Below, piece by piece: positions 20,850 through 31,029 of a stretch of DNA of 64,000 bases. This stretch comes from Tissierellia bacterium (GTDB lineage Bacteria; Bacillota; Clostridia; Tissierellales; Tepidimicrobiaceae): the NCBI GenBank assembly GCA_012728725.1, contig JAAYEM010000021.1:5715-69714 (forward strand), read 5' to 3'. The position numbers and the translations under genes are program-made. The notes below the pieces were generated by a model, which was not told where the DNA came from, did not search any database, and saw nothing but the letters and a program-made list of their open reading frames with translations. Each line of letters opens with the position of its first letter. Within the stretch, counting starts at the first letter, position 1.

Positions 20850-21200
20850 TCATTTTTTTATCCTTCTTTTTAATAAAATACGCCTTATGTACGCAAAGTT
20901 TTCAAATATCCTTCCTCCAAAAGTAAATATTGCTGCATAATATAAAGGAACTCCCAGTCTATCTCCAATATATGCCAAGATAGCAGCTAGAATAGCATTA
21001 CCAAAAAAACCAGACATAAAAATATTTATATCAAATTTGTCTTCCAAATTTGCCCTTATGCCTCCAAATACGGAATCAAGACAAGCTAATATGGCTACTG
21101 AAATATACAAGGAATAGGCCACATTATAAGTGTATGGCAATAGTAGCCCAAAAGCTATGCCAATTAATATGCCCAATACAGCAAAAATCATACTAATCAC
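20850..21200 (-). CDS. sbp: Small basic membrane protein Sbp (DUF1290)
   Basis: 116 aa, resembling B. subtilis Sbp (LDSVFGGIRA, FxSGFFGN, RIFENFAYIRR). Confidence 0.8.
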   Translation of the reverse strand: MISMIFAVLGILIGIAFGLLLPYTYNVAYSLYISVAILACLDSVFGGIRANLEDKFDINIFMSGFFGNAILAAILAYIGDRLGVPLYYAAIFTFGGRIFENFAYIRRILLKRRIKK

Positions 21201-21921
21201 CTTCTTTTACTGGTTTAGCGTACTTGAAATCAAAATCCCCATTATATGCAGGAATTACAATATTGTCTTCCACAGTGGTCTCTATAACTATTTGATCTAT
21301 GGTCTTTAAGGCATAGCCATAAGTATTAGGAGCATTTATAGCAGCAGACAATAATTTTGGGTCGCCTATTGCCTTAATATAAAAGGGTGAGCCTACACTT
21401 CTACCATTTATCCTTATAATAGGTCCACCACATTTTATTTCCGATGTTGATAATACCCTTTGATTATTAATGCTTATAGCCTCTGCTCCTGCTGCCCTTA
21501 AATCATTTATTATCATCAATACATCAACATCATGGATTAAATCTAAATCGTATTCTTCACCAAATGCTCCCTCCATCATATTATCCTGCATCTTTATTAT
21601 AATACCTGAACCTTTGACTTTTTGAAATCCTGCAATAGCCTTATTTTTTATAAGTTCAGCTTGTAAAATATCCCTTATATCCTCATCACCATCTGCTATG
21701 CTTTCTAACATCTTTATTTGCTCATTTTTATCAGCAATCATAAGCTTTAAGTCTTCTATTTCCTTATATAATGCATTTAATTCATTTTTAGTAACCTCTA
21801 TTGATTTCAATGTGACTGGTGCAAGATTAGGAATACTAAGTTTAAATTGGCCTGCCATAAAAATACCTATCAATATGGAGAAGATCAAAACTATTAAATT
21901 GGGTCTAGTTATTTTATTCAT
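21193..21921 (-). CDS. DUF881 division-cluster protein (YlxW/YlxX-like)
   Basis: 242 aa with an N-terminal TM helix, a coiled coil and a DUF881 core (DLRAAGAEAISINNQR). Confidence 0.75.
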   Translation of the reverse strand: MNKITRPNLIVLIFSILIGIFMAGQFKLSIPNLAPVTLKSIEVTKNELNALYKEIEDLKLMIADKNEQIKMLESIADGDEDIRDILQAELIKNKAIAGFQKVKGSGIIIKMQDNMMEGAFGEEYDLDLIHDVDVLMIINDLRAAGAEAISINNQRVLSTSEIKCGGPIIRINGRSVGSPFYIKAIGDPKLLSAAINAPNTYGYALKTIDQIVIETTVEDNIVIPAYNGDFDFKYAKPVKEGD

Positions 21922-21936
21922 ATTAACCCTCCAAAT

Positions 21937-22665
21937 TTAATTGGCTTCATCTTCAACTGGTTCTGAATAAACAAACTCAACTAATTTTCTATATTTAGGT
22001 ATTCTAACATTTTTCTCCTTCACCAGATGCACATCATAATCATAGTACTTCAATGTCCAAACTATCCCCCTCTTTAGAGCTAAGGCCGATTCCAAGGTTT
22101 CAGGATCTCCTATAGCCTTAATAACGATTGGTGAATTTATAGAAACTCCATTAACTTCTATATGGTTCCCAGCCCTTTCAATCTCTGTAAACGCTGTATA
22201 CCTTTGATCATTAATGGAGATTGCTTCCGCCTCGGCAGCATTTAAAACACTAATAGTTTGAAGTATTAAATCTAAATCATCTACAATACTATACTCAATT
22301 CCATACTGTACATCAGCAGGTGGATCGTGAATTTCCATTACTATTCCTGGACCTTCTAAATCCACATATCCAGCTAACATCCTGTACTTTTCTAAATCCT
22401 TATACAAATTTTCAACATACACGTTATTATCTGCTTCGCCTTTTTCATATTGTTTTATTTTATTTTCAGCCTCCTCCAAGGCCCTCTGCAATGCATCCCT
22501 TTCTTCTTGGGCTTTTTTCAATTCTAAAGCTAGCTGCTGTGCCCTTTGAGTTGGCAGGACACCTTCACCAACAGTTTTATTTACGGTTTTAAATTGTATT
22601 GCTAATATAATGCCTAAGAGCAAGGAGACCATTGTAATTGCTAAATTTCCCTTTATTTTTTTCAT
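21937..22665 (-). CDS. DUF881 division-cluster protein (YlxW/YlxX-like)
   Basis: Paralog of the previous gene (LNAAEAEAISINDQR). The start at 22665 (MKKIKGN) is preferred because of an AGGGGGAG RBS. Confidence 0.75.
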   Translation of the reverse strand: MKKIKGNLAITMVSLLLGIILAIQFKTVNKTVGEGVLPTQRAQQLALELKKAQEERDALQRALEEAENKIKQYEKGEADNNVYVENLYKDLEKYRMLAGYVDLEGPGIVMEIHDPPADVQYGIEYSIVDDLDLILQTISVLNAAEAEAISINDQRYTAFTEIERAGNHIEVNGVSINSPIVIKAIGDPETLESALALKRGIVWTLKYYDYDVHLVKEKNVRIPKYRKLVEFVYSEPVEDEAN

Positions 22666-22675
22666 ATAACTCCCC

Positions 22676-23443
22676 CTATTTGCCATCCGTTACTACTATT
22701 GGATTATCCCCTTTGTTTAGCAATATCTGTTTTACATTTATGTCCTTTTTTTCAATATCATCTAGTATTTTATATAAGAAGCTTAATTTATATTTTACAT
22801 TATCTAAGGGGCCAAAGGCAACCTTAATGCCATCATTTAATTCTAGTATTGTATTTTTATTATCGGAAAAGTTTATATATTTCATTAAGGATAAAAGCCC
22901 ACTTCCATCACTAAACAGAATAAATTCACTTATATCTTTTCTTTTTAAAAGATCAAATAAATTTTCCCCGATTTTAGGCTCCTTCAAATCCAATCCAAAT
23001 ATCTGAGGTAGACCTTCTTTTCTGTTCTCCTTAACATCTAATATATACCCTTCCTGATCGATATATATAAAGGAGCCTATATAAGGGATTATTGCCTTTT
23101 CCCTTCTTTCCTCTATTTCAATTATTATTTGGTCAGGTAATTTCCTTCTTATTTTTGAACTCTTTATATATGAAAGCCTGTTTAAACTTTCCTCACCAAT
23201 CTTTTTGCTTATTTTAAATATATTTTCTCCTTTAGTACACAAAGATGCCCTAACAACATCCTCATAGCTCAGCTTTTCATTTCCCACTACCCGTATATTC
23301 TTGATATGAAATACATCTGTTTTAAAAACAAATAGATAGCCTAATACGGCAACCAATATAAATAAAAGAAATCTTAATAATCTTTTCCTTCTCAATCTTT
23401 TTCTATTAGAACTCTTTCTTTTGGTATTCTTCCTTCTACTCAA
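22676..23443 (-). CDS. divIB: Cell division protein DivIB/FtsQ
   Basis: 255 aa with a basic N-terminus, a single TM helix, and POTRA plus FtsQ-type domains, at the expected position in the dcw cluster. Confidence 0.8.
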   Translation of the reverse strand: MSRRKNTKRKSSNRKRLRRKRLLRFLLFILVAVLGYLFVFKTDVFHIKNIRVVGNEKLSYEDVVRASLCTKGENIFKISKKIGEESLNRLSYIKSSKIRRKLPDQIIIEIEERREKAIIPYIGSFIYIDQEGYILDVKENRKEGLPQIFGLDLKEPKIGENLFDLLKRKDISEFILFSDGSGLLSLMKYINFSDNKNTILELNDGIKVAFGPLDNVKYKLSFLYKILDDIEKKDINVKQILLNKGDNPIVVTDGK

Positions 23444-23498
23444 TGGTTAATCACACCTATCTGCTTGTCCCTATTGATTAAGGCAGCAAATGCTGCTA

Positions 23499-24755
23499 TT
23501 AATCTACCATTTTTATATCAGCACCTAGCTCTTTTAATTCAATATGGAAATCCTCGTATCCCCTCTCAATATGGTAGATATTTTCTACTTCAGTAGTTCC
23601 CTTTGCTTTTAGGCCAGCTAATACTAAACAAGCACCGCCCCTTAAATCTTTAGCAGCAACCTTAGCTCCTGTAAGCTCCTTAACACCCTTTACCACTGCC
23701 ACCTTGCCGAAAATCCTAATATTAGCTCCCATTCTAACCAATTCCTCCGCATGTTTAAATCTATTTTCAAATACAGTTTCTGAAATAATACTAGTGCCAT
23801 CAGCCACACTTAACAAAGCCATAATTTGTGCCTGCATGTCTGTTGGAAAGCCTGGATAGGGCAAGGTCTGTATCATTTCTATTGAATTAATTTTTTTAGG
23901 TCCAATTACCTTTAATGAATCATTATCAGTATATATAATACATCCTGCTTCCTTTAATTTTGCAATAGTAGCCTGTAAATGGTCGGGTATTATATTTTTT
24001 ATTACTATTTCTCCACCAGTTATAGCAGAGGCAACCATATAGGTTCCCGCCACTATCCTATCAGGTATGGTATTGTGGGTTACATTTCCTAATTCTTTTA
24101 CCCCATCAATTATGATAACACTGGTTCCTGCTCCACTTATCCTAGCCCCTGCTTTATTCAAATAGTTTTGTAAATCTATTATCTCAGGTTCCCTGGCTGC
24201 ATTGCGAATAATAGTAGTTCCTTCAGCTTTAACCCCTGCTAATATAATGTTTTCAGTAGCTCCTACACTTGGATAATCAAGCTGTATTTCACAACCCTTT
24301 AATCCTTTGATTTTACAATATATAAATCCGTGAGCCTCTTCAATCTCTGCCCCCATCTCCCTCAGGGCCTTTAAGTGCAAGTCAATAGGTCTTGGTCCTA
24401 TTTCACAACCGCCTGGATAGCTAATTACTACCTCTCCAGTTCTGGATAACATGGCTCCCATAAGTATTATGGAAGATCTCATTTCCCTAACCAATTCTTC
24501 AGGGATTTTAATATTATTTAAAGGCTTGGAATCTACCCACATCATTTTGCCCAGCCGCTCTACTTTACATCCTAAGGATAGTAAAATGTTTTCCATAACC
24601 TCTACATCCCTGAGTCTTGGAACATTAAAAATTGTACTTTCATTAGCTCCAATGACGGTAGCGGCCAGGATGGGTAGTACTGCATTTTTAGCCCCAGTTA
24701 CACTTACTTCCCCAACTAATCTGTTTCCACCATTGACTATTAATTTTCTCATCAT
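23499..24755 (-). CDS. murA: UDP-N-acetylglucosamine 1-carboxyvinyltransferase
   Basis: 418 aa with SGAKNA-like TGAKNAVLPILAA and the active-site Cys in YPGGCEIGPRPIDLH. Confidence 0.93.
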   Translation of the reverse strand: MMRKLIVNGGNRLVGEVSVTGAKNAVLPILAATVIGANESTIFNVPRLRDVEVMENILLSLGCKVERLGKMMWVDSKPLNNIKIPEELVREMRSSIILMGAMLSRTGEVVISYPGGCEIGPRPIDLHLKALREMGAEIEEAHGFIYCKIKGLKGCEIQLDYPSVGATENIILAGVKAEGTTIIRNAAREPEIIDLQNYLNKAGARISGAGTSVIIIDGVKELGNVTHNTIPDRIVAGTYMVASAITGGEIVIKNIIPDHLQATIAKLKEAGCIIYTDNDSLKVIGPKKINSIEMIQTLPYPGFPTDMQAQIMALLSVADGTSIISETVFENRFKHAEELVRMGANIRIFGKVAVVKGVKELTGAKVAAKDLRGGACLVLAGLKAKGTTEVENIYHIERGYEDFHIELKELGADIKMVD

Positions 24756-24826
24756 CGCACCTCCAAATATGCTATACGGACGTATATGACCATATTATGC
24801 ATATTTTTGGAAAGTGTGACGATAAA

Positions 24827-25930
24827 TTACATAATTAATTCATTAATTATATCCACTATTTTTTCCGCTGCATTGGTATTACCCATCCTTTTACTTTTTC
24901 TGGCCATATCTATTAATTTTTTTCTATCACCTATTATTTTGAATATTATTTCATTCAAACCCTCTCCCGTCAAATCCTTTTCCAATATTAAATAAGAAGC
25001 TCCTTTTTTTTCAAAGGCCCGAGCATTGTACTCCTGATGATTTTCTGCAGTATAGGCCTTTGGTATTAAAATACTAGGTACTCCAATGGCAGAAATTTCA
25101 GCTAGGGTAATGGCTCCAGCACTTGTAATAACCAGATCTGCTATATTTAACCCCTTAGGCATATCATAAAAATACGGTAATACCTTAATATTTGTCCCTA
25201 ATCTTAAATTCTCCACCTTTAACTTATTAATAAAATCGTCATAAAACCTTTTTCCTGTAATATGGATTATCTGAATATTATTATTGGAAATATTTTTTTT
25301 GATAACATAAAACATGGCATCATTTAATTTTTTCTGACCACCACTTCCCCCAAAAGATAAGATAAATGGAATGTTAGGATTTATGTTTAAATCAATATAG
25401 GCCTGTCTCTTATCAATTTCTAATATGCTTTTTCTTATAGGATTTCCCGTTAGTATTACCTTATCAGGATATTTAAAATACTTTTTTGCCTCCTCAAAAG
25501 TTACCAAAACCCTATTCACATACCTAGAAAGTATTTTATTGGTCACCCCTGGAAAGGCATTTTGTTCATGGATCACTGTAGGTATTTTTCTTAAACTTGC
25601 CATTAAAACTACTGGTCCGCAAACATAGCCTCCCGTACCAATTACCACATCTGGTTTAAAATCTTTAATAATCTGTCTTGCATCATTAAGGCCTAATAAG
25701 AGTTCCTTAATAGCCACAAAGACCTCTTTGTTAATCCTTCTTGGCATCCCCTTGACCCTTATACTTTTAAATTCAAAACCTTCCTTAGGGACTAATTCGC
25801 TCTCTAAACTATTTTCAGTACCTACATACAAAATTTCTGCATCCTTGTCCCTATCCTTTATTTCATTGGCTATAGCTAAAGCTGGATAGATGTGGCCTCC
25901 AGTACCTCCTCCTGATATTAGATACCTCAT
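24827..25930 (-). CDS. murG: Lipid II-forming UDP-GlcNAc transferase MurG
   Basis: 367 aa (SGGGTGGHIYPALA, GGSGG); GT28 family. Confidence 0.92.
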   Translation of the reverse strand: MRYLISGGGTGGHIYPALAIANEIKDRDKDAEILYVGTENSLESELVPKEGFEFKSIRVKGMPRRINKEVFVAIKELLLGLNDARQIIKDFKPDVVIGTGGYVCGPVVLMASLRKIPTVIHEQNAFPGVTNKILSRYVNRVLVTFEEAKKYFKYPDKVILTGNPIRKSILEIDKRQAYIDLNINPNIPFILSFGGSGGQKKLNDAMFYVIKKNISNNNIQIIHITGKRFYDDFINKLKVENLRLGTNIKVLPYFYDMPKGLNIADLVITSAGAITLAEISAIGVPSILIPKAYTAENHQEYNARAFEKKGASYLILEKDLTGEGLNEIIFKIIGDRKKLIDMARKSKRMGNTNAAEKIVDIINELIM

Positions 25931-25934
25931 ATTT

Positions 25935-27053
25935 TCAACTCCTATCTAAATTGACATGTCTTGATATGTTTAATAATATTCCTATAGCAGACATATAAAG
26001 AACTAAAGATGTACCTCCATAGCTAACCAAGGGAAGAGGGATACCAGTCGTTGGTATTGACGAGGTGACAACAGCGATATGAATCAAGGATTGAACTGTT
26101 ATTAAAGCCACGATACCCGTAGCAAGTAAACATCCAAACAGGTCCTCAACATTCAAAGCTATCCTAATTCCTCTCCAAATTATTATCATGAACATTAAAA
26201 TCACAGTTAGAGTGCCTAAAAAACCTAACTCCTCTCCTATTATTGCAAATATAAAGTCATTATAGGGCTCTGGAATATAGAAAAATTTTTGCCTGCTCTT
26301 TCCTAATCCCAATCCAAACAAGCCTCCAGAGCCTAAAGCGTATAAGGATTGAACAGCCTGCCAGCCAGTATTGGCTTTATCTGCGAAAGGATCTAAGAAA
26401 GCTGTAATCCTTCTCATCCTATATCCATCTTCATCTCCTACAATGGCCATTACCAATCCGGCTATAGCTCCTACAACCATTACAAATAAATGGCTTATTT
26501 TCATGCCTGCTATAAAAAAAATGCTGATTAAAGTCATACCTAAAGTTACAGTGGTTCCCAAATCCTTCTGGGCGTATATAAGCCCACAGGACAATCCGAT
26601 AATTATCAATGTAGGTATAGTCCCCTTTTTAAAATCCTGAATCTTGTCCTTTCTGTTAGATAAAAAGGCTGCTAGAAAGATTATAGACCCTAATTTTATA
26701 ATGTCGGATGGCATGAAGGTGGTAAATCCTAAATTAACCCACCTCCTGGCTCCCTTCTTGACAATTCCTAAAGGAGTAAATATCAATAAACCACTTGCTA
26801 CTGCCCCAGCGTATATTAATTTAGATAATTTCTTTATTATTCTGTAGTCAAAATTCATAAAGAAAAGCATTGCAACTAATCCTACTAGGGCTGCTATTAC
26901 CTGCTTTTTTAAAAAATAGTATCCATCATTCATAGTCCTTATGCCCTCAGGCCAAGATGAACTAAAAACCATTATTATACCCATAAATATAAGGAGCAAT
27001 GTAGTTAGTAGCAAAGTAAAATCACAAGCCTTTTTTCTAACCTTTTTAGCCAT
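25935..27053 (-). CDS. ftsW: SEDS-family peptidoglycan polymerase FtsW/SpoVE
   Basis: 372 aa, polytopic, with conserved SEDS motifs (PEPYNDFIFA, SYGGTS). Confidence 0.88.
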   Translation of the reverse strand: MAKKVRKKACDFTLLLTTLLLIFMGIIMVFSSSWPEGIRTMNDGYYFLKKQVIAALVGLVAMLFFMNFDYRIIKKLSKLIYAGAVASGLLIFTPLGIVKKGARRWVNLGFTTFMPSDIIKLGSIIFLAAFLSNRKDKIQDFKKGTIPTLIIIGLSCGLIYAQKDLGTTVTLGMTLISIFFIAGMKISHLFVMVVGAIAGLVMAIVGDEDGYRMRRITAFLDPFADKANTGWQAVQSLYALGSGGLFGLGLGKSRQKFFYIPEPYNDFIFAIIGEELGFLGTLTVILMFMIIIWRGIRIALNVEDLFGCLLATGIVALITVQSLIHIAVVTSSIPTTGIPLPLVSYGGTSLVLYMSAIGILLNISRHVNLDRS

Positions 27054-27054
27054 T

Positions 27055-28416
27055 CTATTCCTCCCTTAGACTATGTACCGCCTTTTTGAAGTCCTTTCCC
27101 CTTTCCTCAAAACTCCTATACATATCCCAAGAGGCACAAGCAGGTGAAAGCAGTACATTATCCCCCGTTTTTGCCAATTCATAACTTTTTATAACGGCTT
27201 CCTTCATATTATCTACTATATATATATTATTAAATCCATATTTTATAGCAGTATTCTTAATTTTATATTTAGTTTCCCCTAATAGTATAAGAGCTTTCAC
27301 TTTGTTATTAAATGAAAGTATGAATTCATCAAATTCATTTCCCTTATCATGACCACCAGCTATTAGTATAATCGGCGATTTTAAAGCTTCTATGGCTTTT
27401 ATACTGGCATCTGGATTTGTACCCTTTGAATCGTTATAAAATTTAATCCCATTAACAGTATCCACATATTCGATTCTGTGCTCTACACCAGAAAAGGTCT
27501 TTAGTACATATTTCATAGTATCCATATCCAATCCCATAATCCAAGCTATGGATACACTGGCAAGAACATTTTCTAAATTATGTTTGCCCAACAGTTTTAT
27601 TTCATCAGTCTTTATTAGAGCTTTAACACTATTTCCATCGTTTATAACTATATAGCCATCTTTAACATAAACCCCTTTAGGGAGTTCATACTGTCTACTA
27701 AACCAGATTAAATTGGAAGCCACCTCTTTTTCCATATTTCTAAGCAATTTGTCATCATAATTTAATATGGTATATTCATCTTTGGTTTGATTCCTAAATA
27801 TTTTTTTCTTAGCGTCAATATAAGCCTCCAGATCCTTATGCCAGTCCAAATGGTCTGGAGTAATATTTAATATGACACTTACCTTGGGATTAAAATATAC
27901 GGTAGATTCTAATTGGAAGCTACTAGCCTCAATTACAAATATATCCTCATTATCGGAATTAACAATATTCCATAAAATTCCTACTCCTATATTACCTACT
28001 ACATGGGTAGGAAGATCTCCATTTTTAAAAAATTCACCTGTTAAAGCAGTTGTAGTGGTCTTTCCATTGGTACCAGTAATGGCAATAAAATTATTATCTG
28101 GATTTATGCGATAGGCCAACTCTATATCCGATATAACTTCTATACCCCTCCTGTTTGCTTCTTTTATTAGATCCACAGTTAAGGGTATTCCTGGACTTTT
28201 AATAATTAAATCTATATATTCCAGGGGGACATCATTGGTCCCCAGGAAGAATCTTACATTTAAATCCCTAATTTCAGATACATAGTCTATTAGTTCTTCC
28301 TCTTTTTTTAAATCACTAATAATTATATTAGCTCCTAATTTGTATAATGCTTTTGCAGTAGATACTCCACTAATACCTAATCCTAATACTAATACATTTT
28401 TGCCTCTTATATCCAT
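27055..28416 (-). CDS. murD: UDP-N-acetylmuramoylalanine--D-glutamate ligase
   Basis: The GLGISG Rossmann motif and ITGTNGKTTT P-loop are present. The ATG at 28416 is preferred over the GTG at 28422 on RBS spacing (AGGTG-5 nt-ATG). Confidence 0.9.
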   Translation of the reverse strand: MDIRGKNVLVLGLGISGVSTAKALYKLGANIIISDLKKEEELIDYVSEIRDLNVRFFLGTNDVPLEYIDLIIKSPGIPLTVDLIKEANRRGIEVISDIELAYRINPDNNFIAITGTNGKTTTTALTGEFFKNGDLPTHVVGNIGVGILWNIVNSDNEDIFVIEASSFQLESTVYFNPKVSVILNITPDHLDWHKDLEAYIDAKKKIFRNQTKDEYTILNYDDKLLRNMEKEVASNLIWFSRQYELPKGVYVKDGYIVINDGNSVKALIKTDEIKLLGKHNLENVLASVSIAWIMGLDMDTMKYVLKTFSGVEHRIEYVDTVNGIKFYNDSKGTNPDASIKAIEALKSPIILIAGGHDKGNEFDEFILSFNNKVKALILLGETKYKIKNTAIKYGFNNIYIVDNMKEAVIKSYELAKTGDNVLLSPACASWDMYRSFEERGKDFKKAVHSLREE

Positions 28417-28434
28417 AACCACACCTGTCCTTCT

Positions 28435-29400
28435 CTAACTTAAACTTACCACACCTATTAAGCATAAAATAACTGTAATACTCCAAAATACAATTACCAC
28501 CTTGGTCTCCGGCCATCCTTTTTGTTCAAAATGATGATGAAGTGGGCTCATCAAAAATACCCTTTTTCTTGTAAGCTTATAGGAAGTTACTTGAATAATA
28601 ACTGATAAGGCCTCAGCAAAATATATCCCACCAACTATAGGTATTATTAAAGGTAAATTTAGTAATATTGCAATTGCCGATACAGCTCCACCTAAAGCCA
28701 TAGAGCCTGTATCCCCCATAAATACCTTGGCTGGATAGGCATTATGGATTAAAAAACCAAGGCAGGCCCCAGTCAAGCTGGCAGAAAATATGGAAATGCT
28801 ACCCATCCCCCAATTAAGAGCTACAAGGCCAAAGAAGGATAATACTATTAAAGTAACCCCAGAGGCCAATCCATCTAATCCATCTGTCAAATTTACACTA
28901 TTTACAGTGCCTACTACTACAAAGGCAATAAAGGGTATATATAGGTATCCTAAATCCAAATATCTATCACTAATAAAAGGCATAATAACCTTGGTTCCCA
29001 ATACAGATGTGTTAGATTGGTAAATTGCCAAAAGGGTGGCCAATATTATTTGGCCAATTAGTTTTTGATAAGGTTTGAGACCTAAGGATCTTTTATTCAC
29101 TACCTTCAGATAGTCATCTATAAATCCTATAAGGCCAAATCCTAGAGTTGAAAATAATAAAACATACATATCCCTATTTAACAATCCTGAGGTCAGGGTA
29201 GTGATAAGCAATGCAATTATCATTATTATGCCACCCATGGTGGGGGTTCCACTTTTAGATAAATGGGTTTTGGGCCCATCATCCCTAACATTCTGTCCAA
29301 TATTTAGCCTTTTTAGTAAGGGGATGGTTATAGGCCCTAGTATAATGGTTATAATAAAGGAAATTATTATAATCCTGATAATATCTATATAATCAACCAT
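28435..29400 (-). CDS. mraY: Phospho-N-acetylmuramoyl-pentapeptide transferase
   Basis: 321 aa with PTMGG, DDxxKV-like IDDYLKV, NLTDGLDGLA and HHHFE motifs. Confidence 0.95.
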   Translation of the reverse strand: MVDYIDIIRIIIISFIITIILGPITIPLLKRLNIGQNVRDDGPKTHLSKSGTPTMGGIIMIIALLITTLTSGLLNRDMYVLLFSTLGFGLIGFIDDYLKVVNKRSLGLKPYQKLIGQIILATLLAIYQSNTSVLGTKVIMPFISDRYLDLGYLYIPFIAFVVVGTVNSVNLTDGLDGLASGVTLIVLSFFGLVALNWGMGSISIFSASLTGACLGFLIHNAYPAKVFMGDTGSMALGGAVSAIAILLNLPLIIPIVGGIYFAEALSVIIQVTSYKLTRKRVFLMSPLHHHFEQKGWPETKVVIVFWSITVILCLIGVVSLS

Positions 29401-29430
29401 CTGTTTTCTCCTCTCCTGTAAGCATTACCA

Positions 29431-30894
29431 TTATTTTTCCATATTCTTTAGTATATCTAATACTATTTGTCTTTCATCAAAGGGAATTACCTCCCCTTTT
29501 ATTATAGTATATGTTTCATGTCCTTTCCCCGCTAGCAGTATAGTATCCTTGGGTTCTGCATTTAATAATGCATATTCTATGGCTTCCTTTCTATCCGTTA
29601 TAGCAACATAATTGCCATTTACCTTTTCTATTCCAACTATAATATCCTTTATTATTTGATCCGGATCTTCATATCTTGGGTTATCGGAGGTAACTATGCA
29701 CAAATCTGCATGTTTTGCTACCGTCTCCCCCATAATAGGCCTTTTTGTCCTATCCCTATTGCCACCGGCTCCAAATACTACAACTTTCCTTCCCTGGGCA
29801 AACTGATCTATGGTAGTCAAAACCTTCTCTAGGCCATCAGGGGTATGAGCAAAATCTATTATTACAGAAAAATCCCTTCCTGTAGGTACTATTTCAAACC
29901 TGCCTTTAACCCCTTTAACTGATTCTATCCCCTTCTTAATAGTAGTCAGATCCAAATCGTATACAAGGCCACAGGCAATAGCTGCCAGTGCATTATATAC
30001 ACTGAATTTACCTAGTAATTTTAGGTTTATAGGAATAGACCCTTTTGAACAATTTAAAGTAAAATCTACACCTTTTACATGGTATTCAATATCTGTAGCA
30101 TATACATCAGCCTTTTCATCTATTCCATAAGTAATTATAGGTACTTGGTTTTTAATATCATTAATTAACCTTCTCCCATAGGAATCATCTATATTGACTA
30201 TATTATACCTTTTTGTCCTATTAAACAGCTTTAATTTGCTTTCATAATAATTGTCCATGGTCAAGTGATAGTCTAAATGATCCTTTGTTAAATTGGTAAA
30301 TACACCTACCTGAAAATCCATATATTCTACCCTATTTAAATCTAAAGCGTGGGAAGAAACTTCCATGGCACAGTATTTAGTATCAGCATTTTCCATCTCC
30401 ATTAGATGTTTTTGAATGGTTAAAGAGTCTGGGGTTGTATTATCGTTTTCTATTAATTTATCATCAATTATAGAACCCATAGTTCCAATTATTCCCGTTT
30501 TTTCACCATTAGTCTCAAAAATACCCTTTATTAGGTATGTAATAGATGTTTTTCCATTGGTTCCTGTAACCCCAATTAGATTTAGTTTTTTAGTGGGGTT
30601 TCCGTAAAAAACAGAAGAAAATTTGGCTAAAGAATCAACGGTATTATTAACTTTAATTACAGTCACACCATCTCTATCTATATTTACATCCCTCTCCACC
30701 ACTATACAGTTGGCACCCTTTTCTAGGGCTTGGTTAATAAAACTGTGGCCGTCTACTGTAAATCCCTTTATGGCAATAAACATATTGCCTTTAGATATTT
30801 TTCTAGAATCATGTTCTATTCCTGTAATATCAATATTAGTATCCCCTTTTATGATTTCATACTTAGTATCAGCTATTATAGTTTTAAGTTTCAA
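29431..30894 (-). CDS. murE: UDP-MurNAc-tripeptide synthetase MurE
   Basis: GVTGTNGKTS P-loop and Mur ligase domains are present. I place the start at the TTG at 30894 (MKLKTIIADTKYEI...), which follows AGGTG by 5 nt. The track ORF extends 22 codons further upstream without an RBS. Confidence 0.85.
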   Translation of the reverse strand: MKLKTIIADTKYEIIKGDTNIDITGIEHDSRKISKGNMFIAIKGFTVDGHSFINQALEKGANCIVVERDVNIDRDGVTVIKVNNTVDSLAKFSSVFYGNPTKKLNLIGVTGTNGKTSITYLIKGIFETNGEKTGIIGTMGSIIDDKLIENDNTTPDSLTIQKHLMEMENADTKYCAMEVSSHALDLNRVEYMDFQVGVFTNLTKDHLDYHLTMDNYYESKLKLFNRTKRYNIVNIDDSYGRRLINDIKNQVPIITYGIDEKADVYATDIEYHVKGVDFTLNCSKGSIPINLKLLGKFSVYNALAAIACGLVYDLDLTTIKKGIESVKGVKGRFEIVPTGRDFSVIIDFAHTPDGLEKVLTTIDQFAQGRKVVVFGAGGNRDRTKRPIMGETVAKHADLCIVTSDNPRYEDPDQIIKDIIVGIEKVNGNYVAITDRKEAIEYALLNAEPKDTILLAGKGHETYTIIKGEVIPFDERQIVLDILKNMEK

Positions 30895-31029
30895 CTTTAC
30901 ACCTGCTTTCATATTACTAATATAATGAATTAAAAGGCAACTTAACAAGTCGCCCCTCAATAATATTACTCCTTTATTTGAAAAAATTCAACTTAATCCT
31001 TTTCAATAGAGTAATTTATATCATCAATC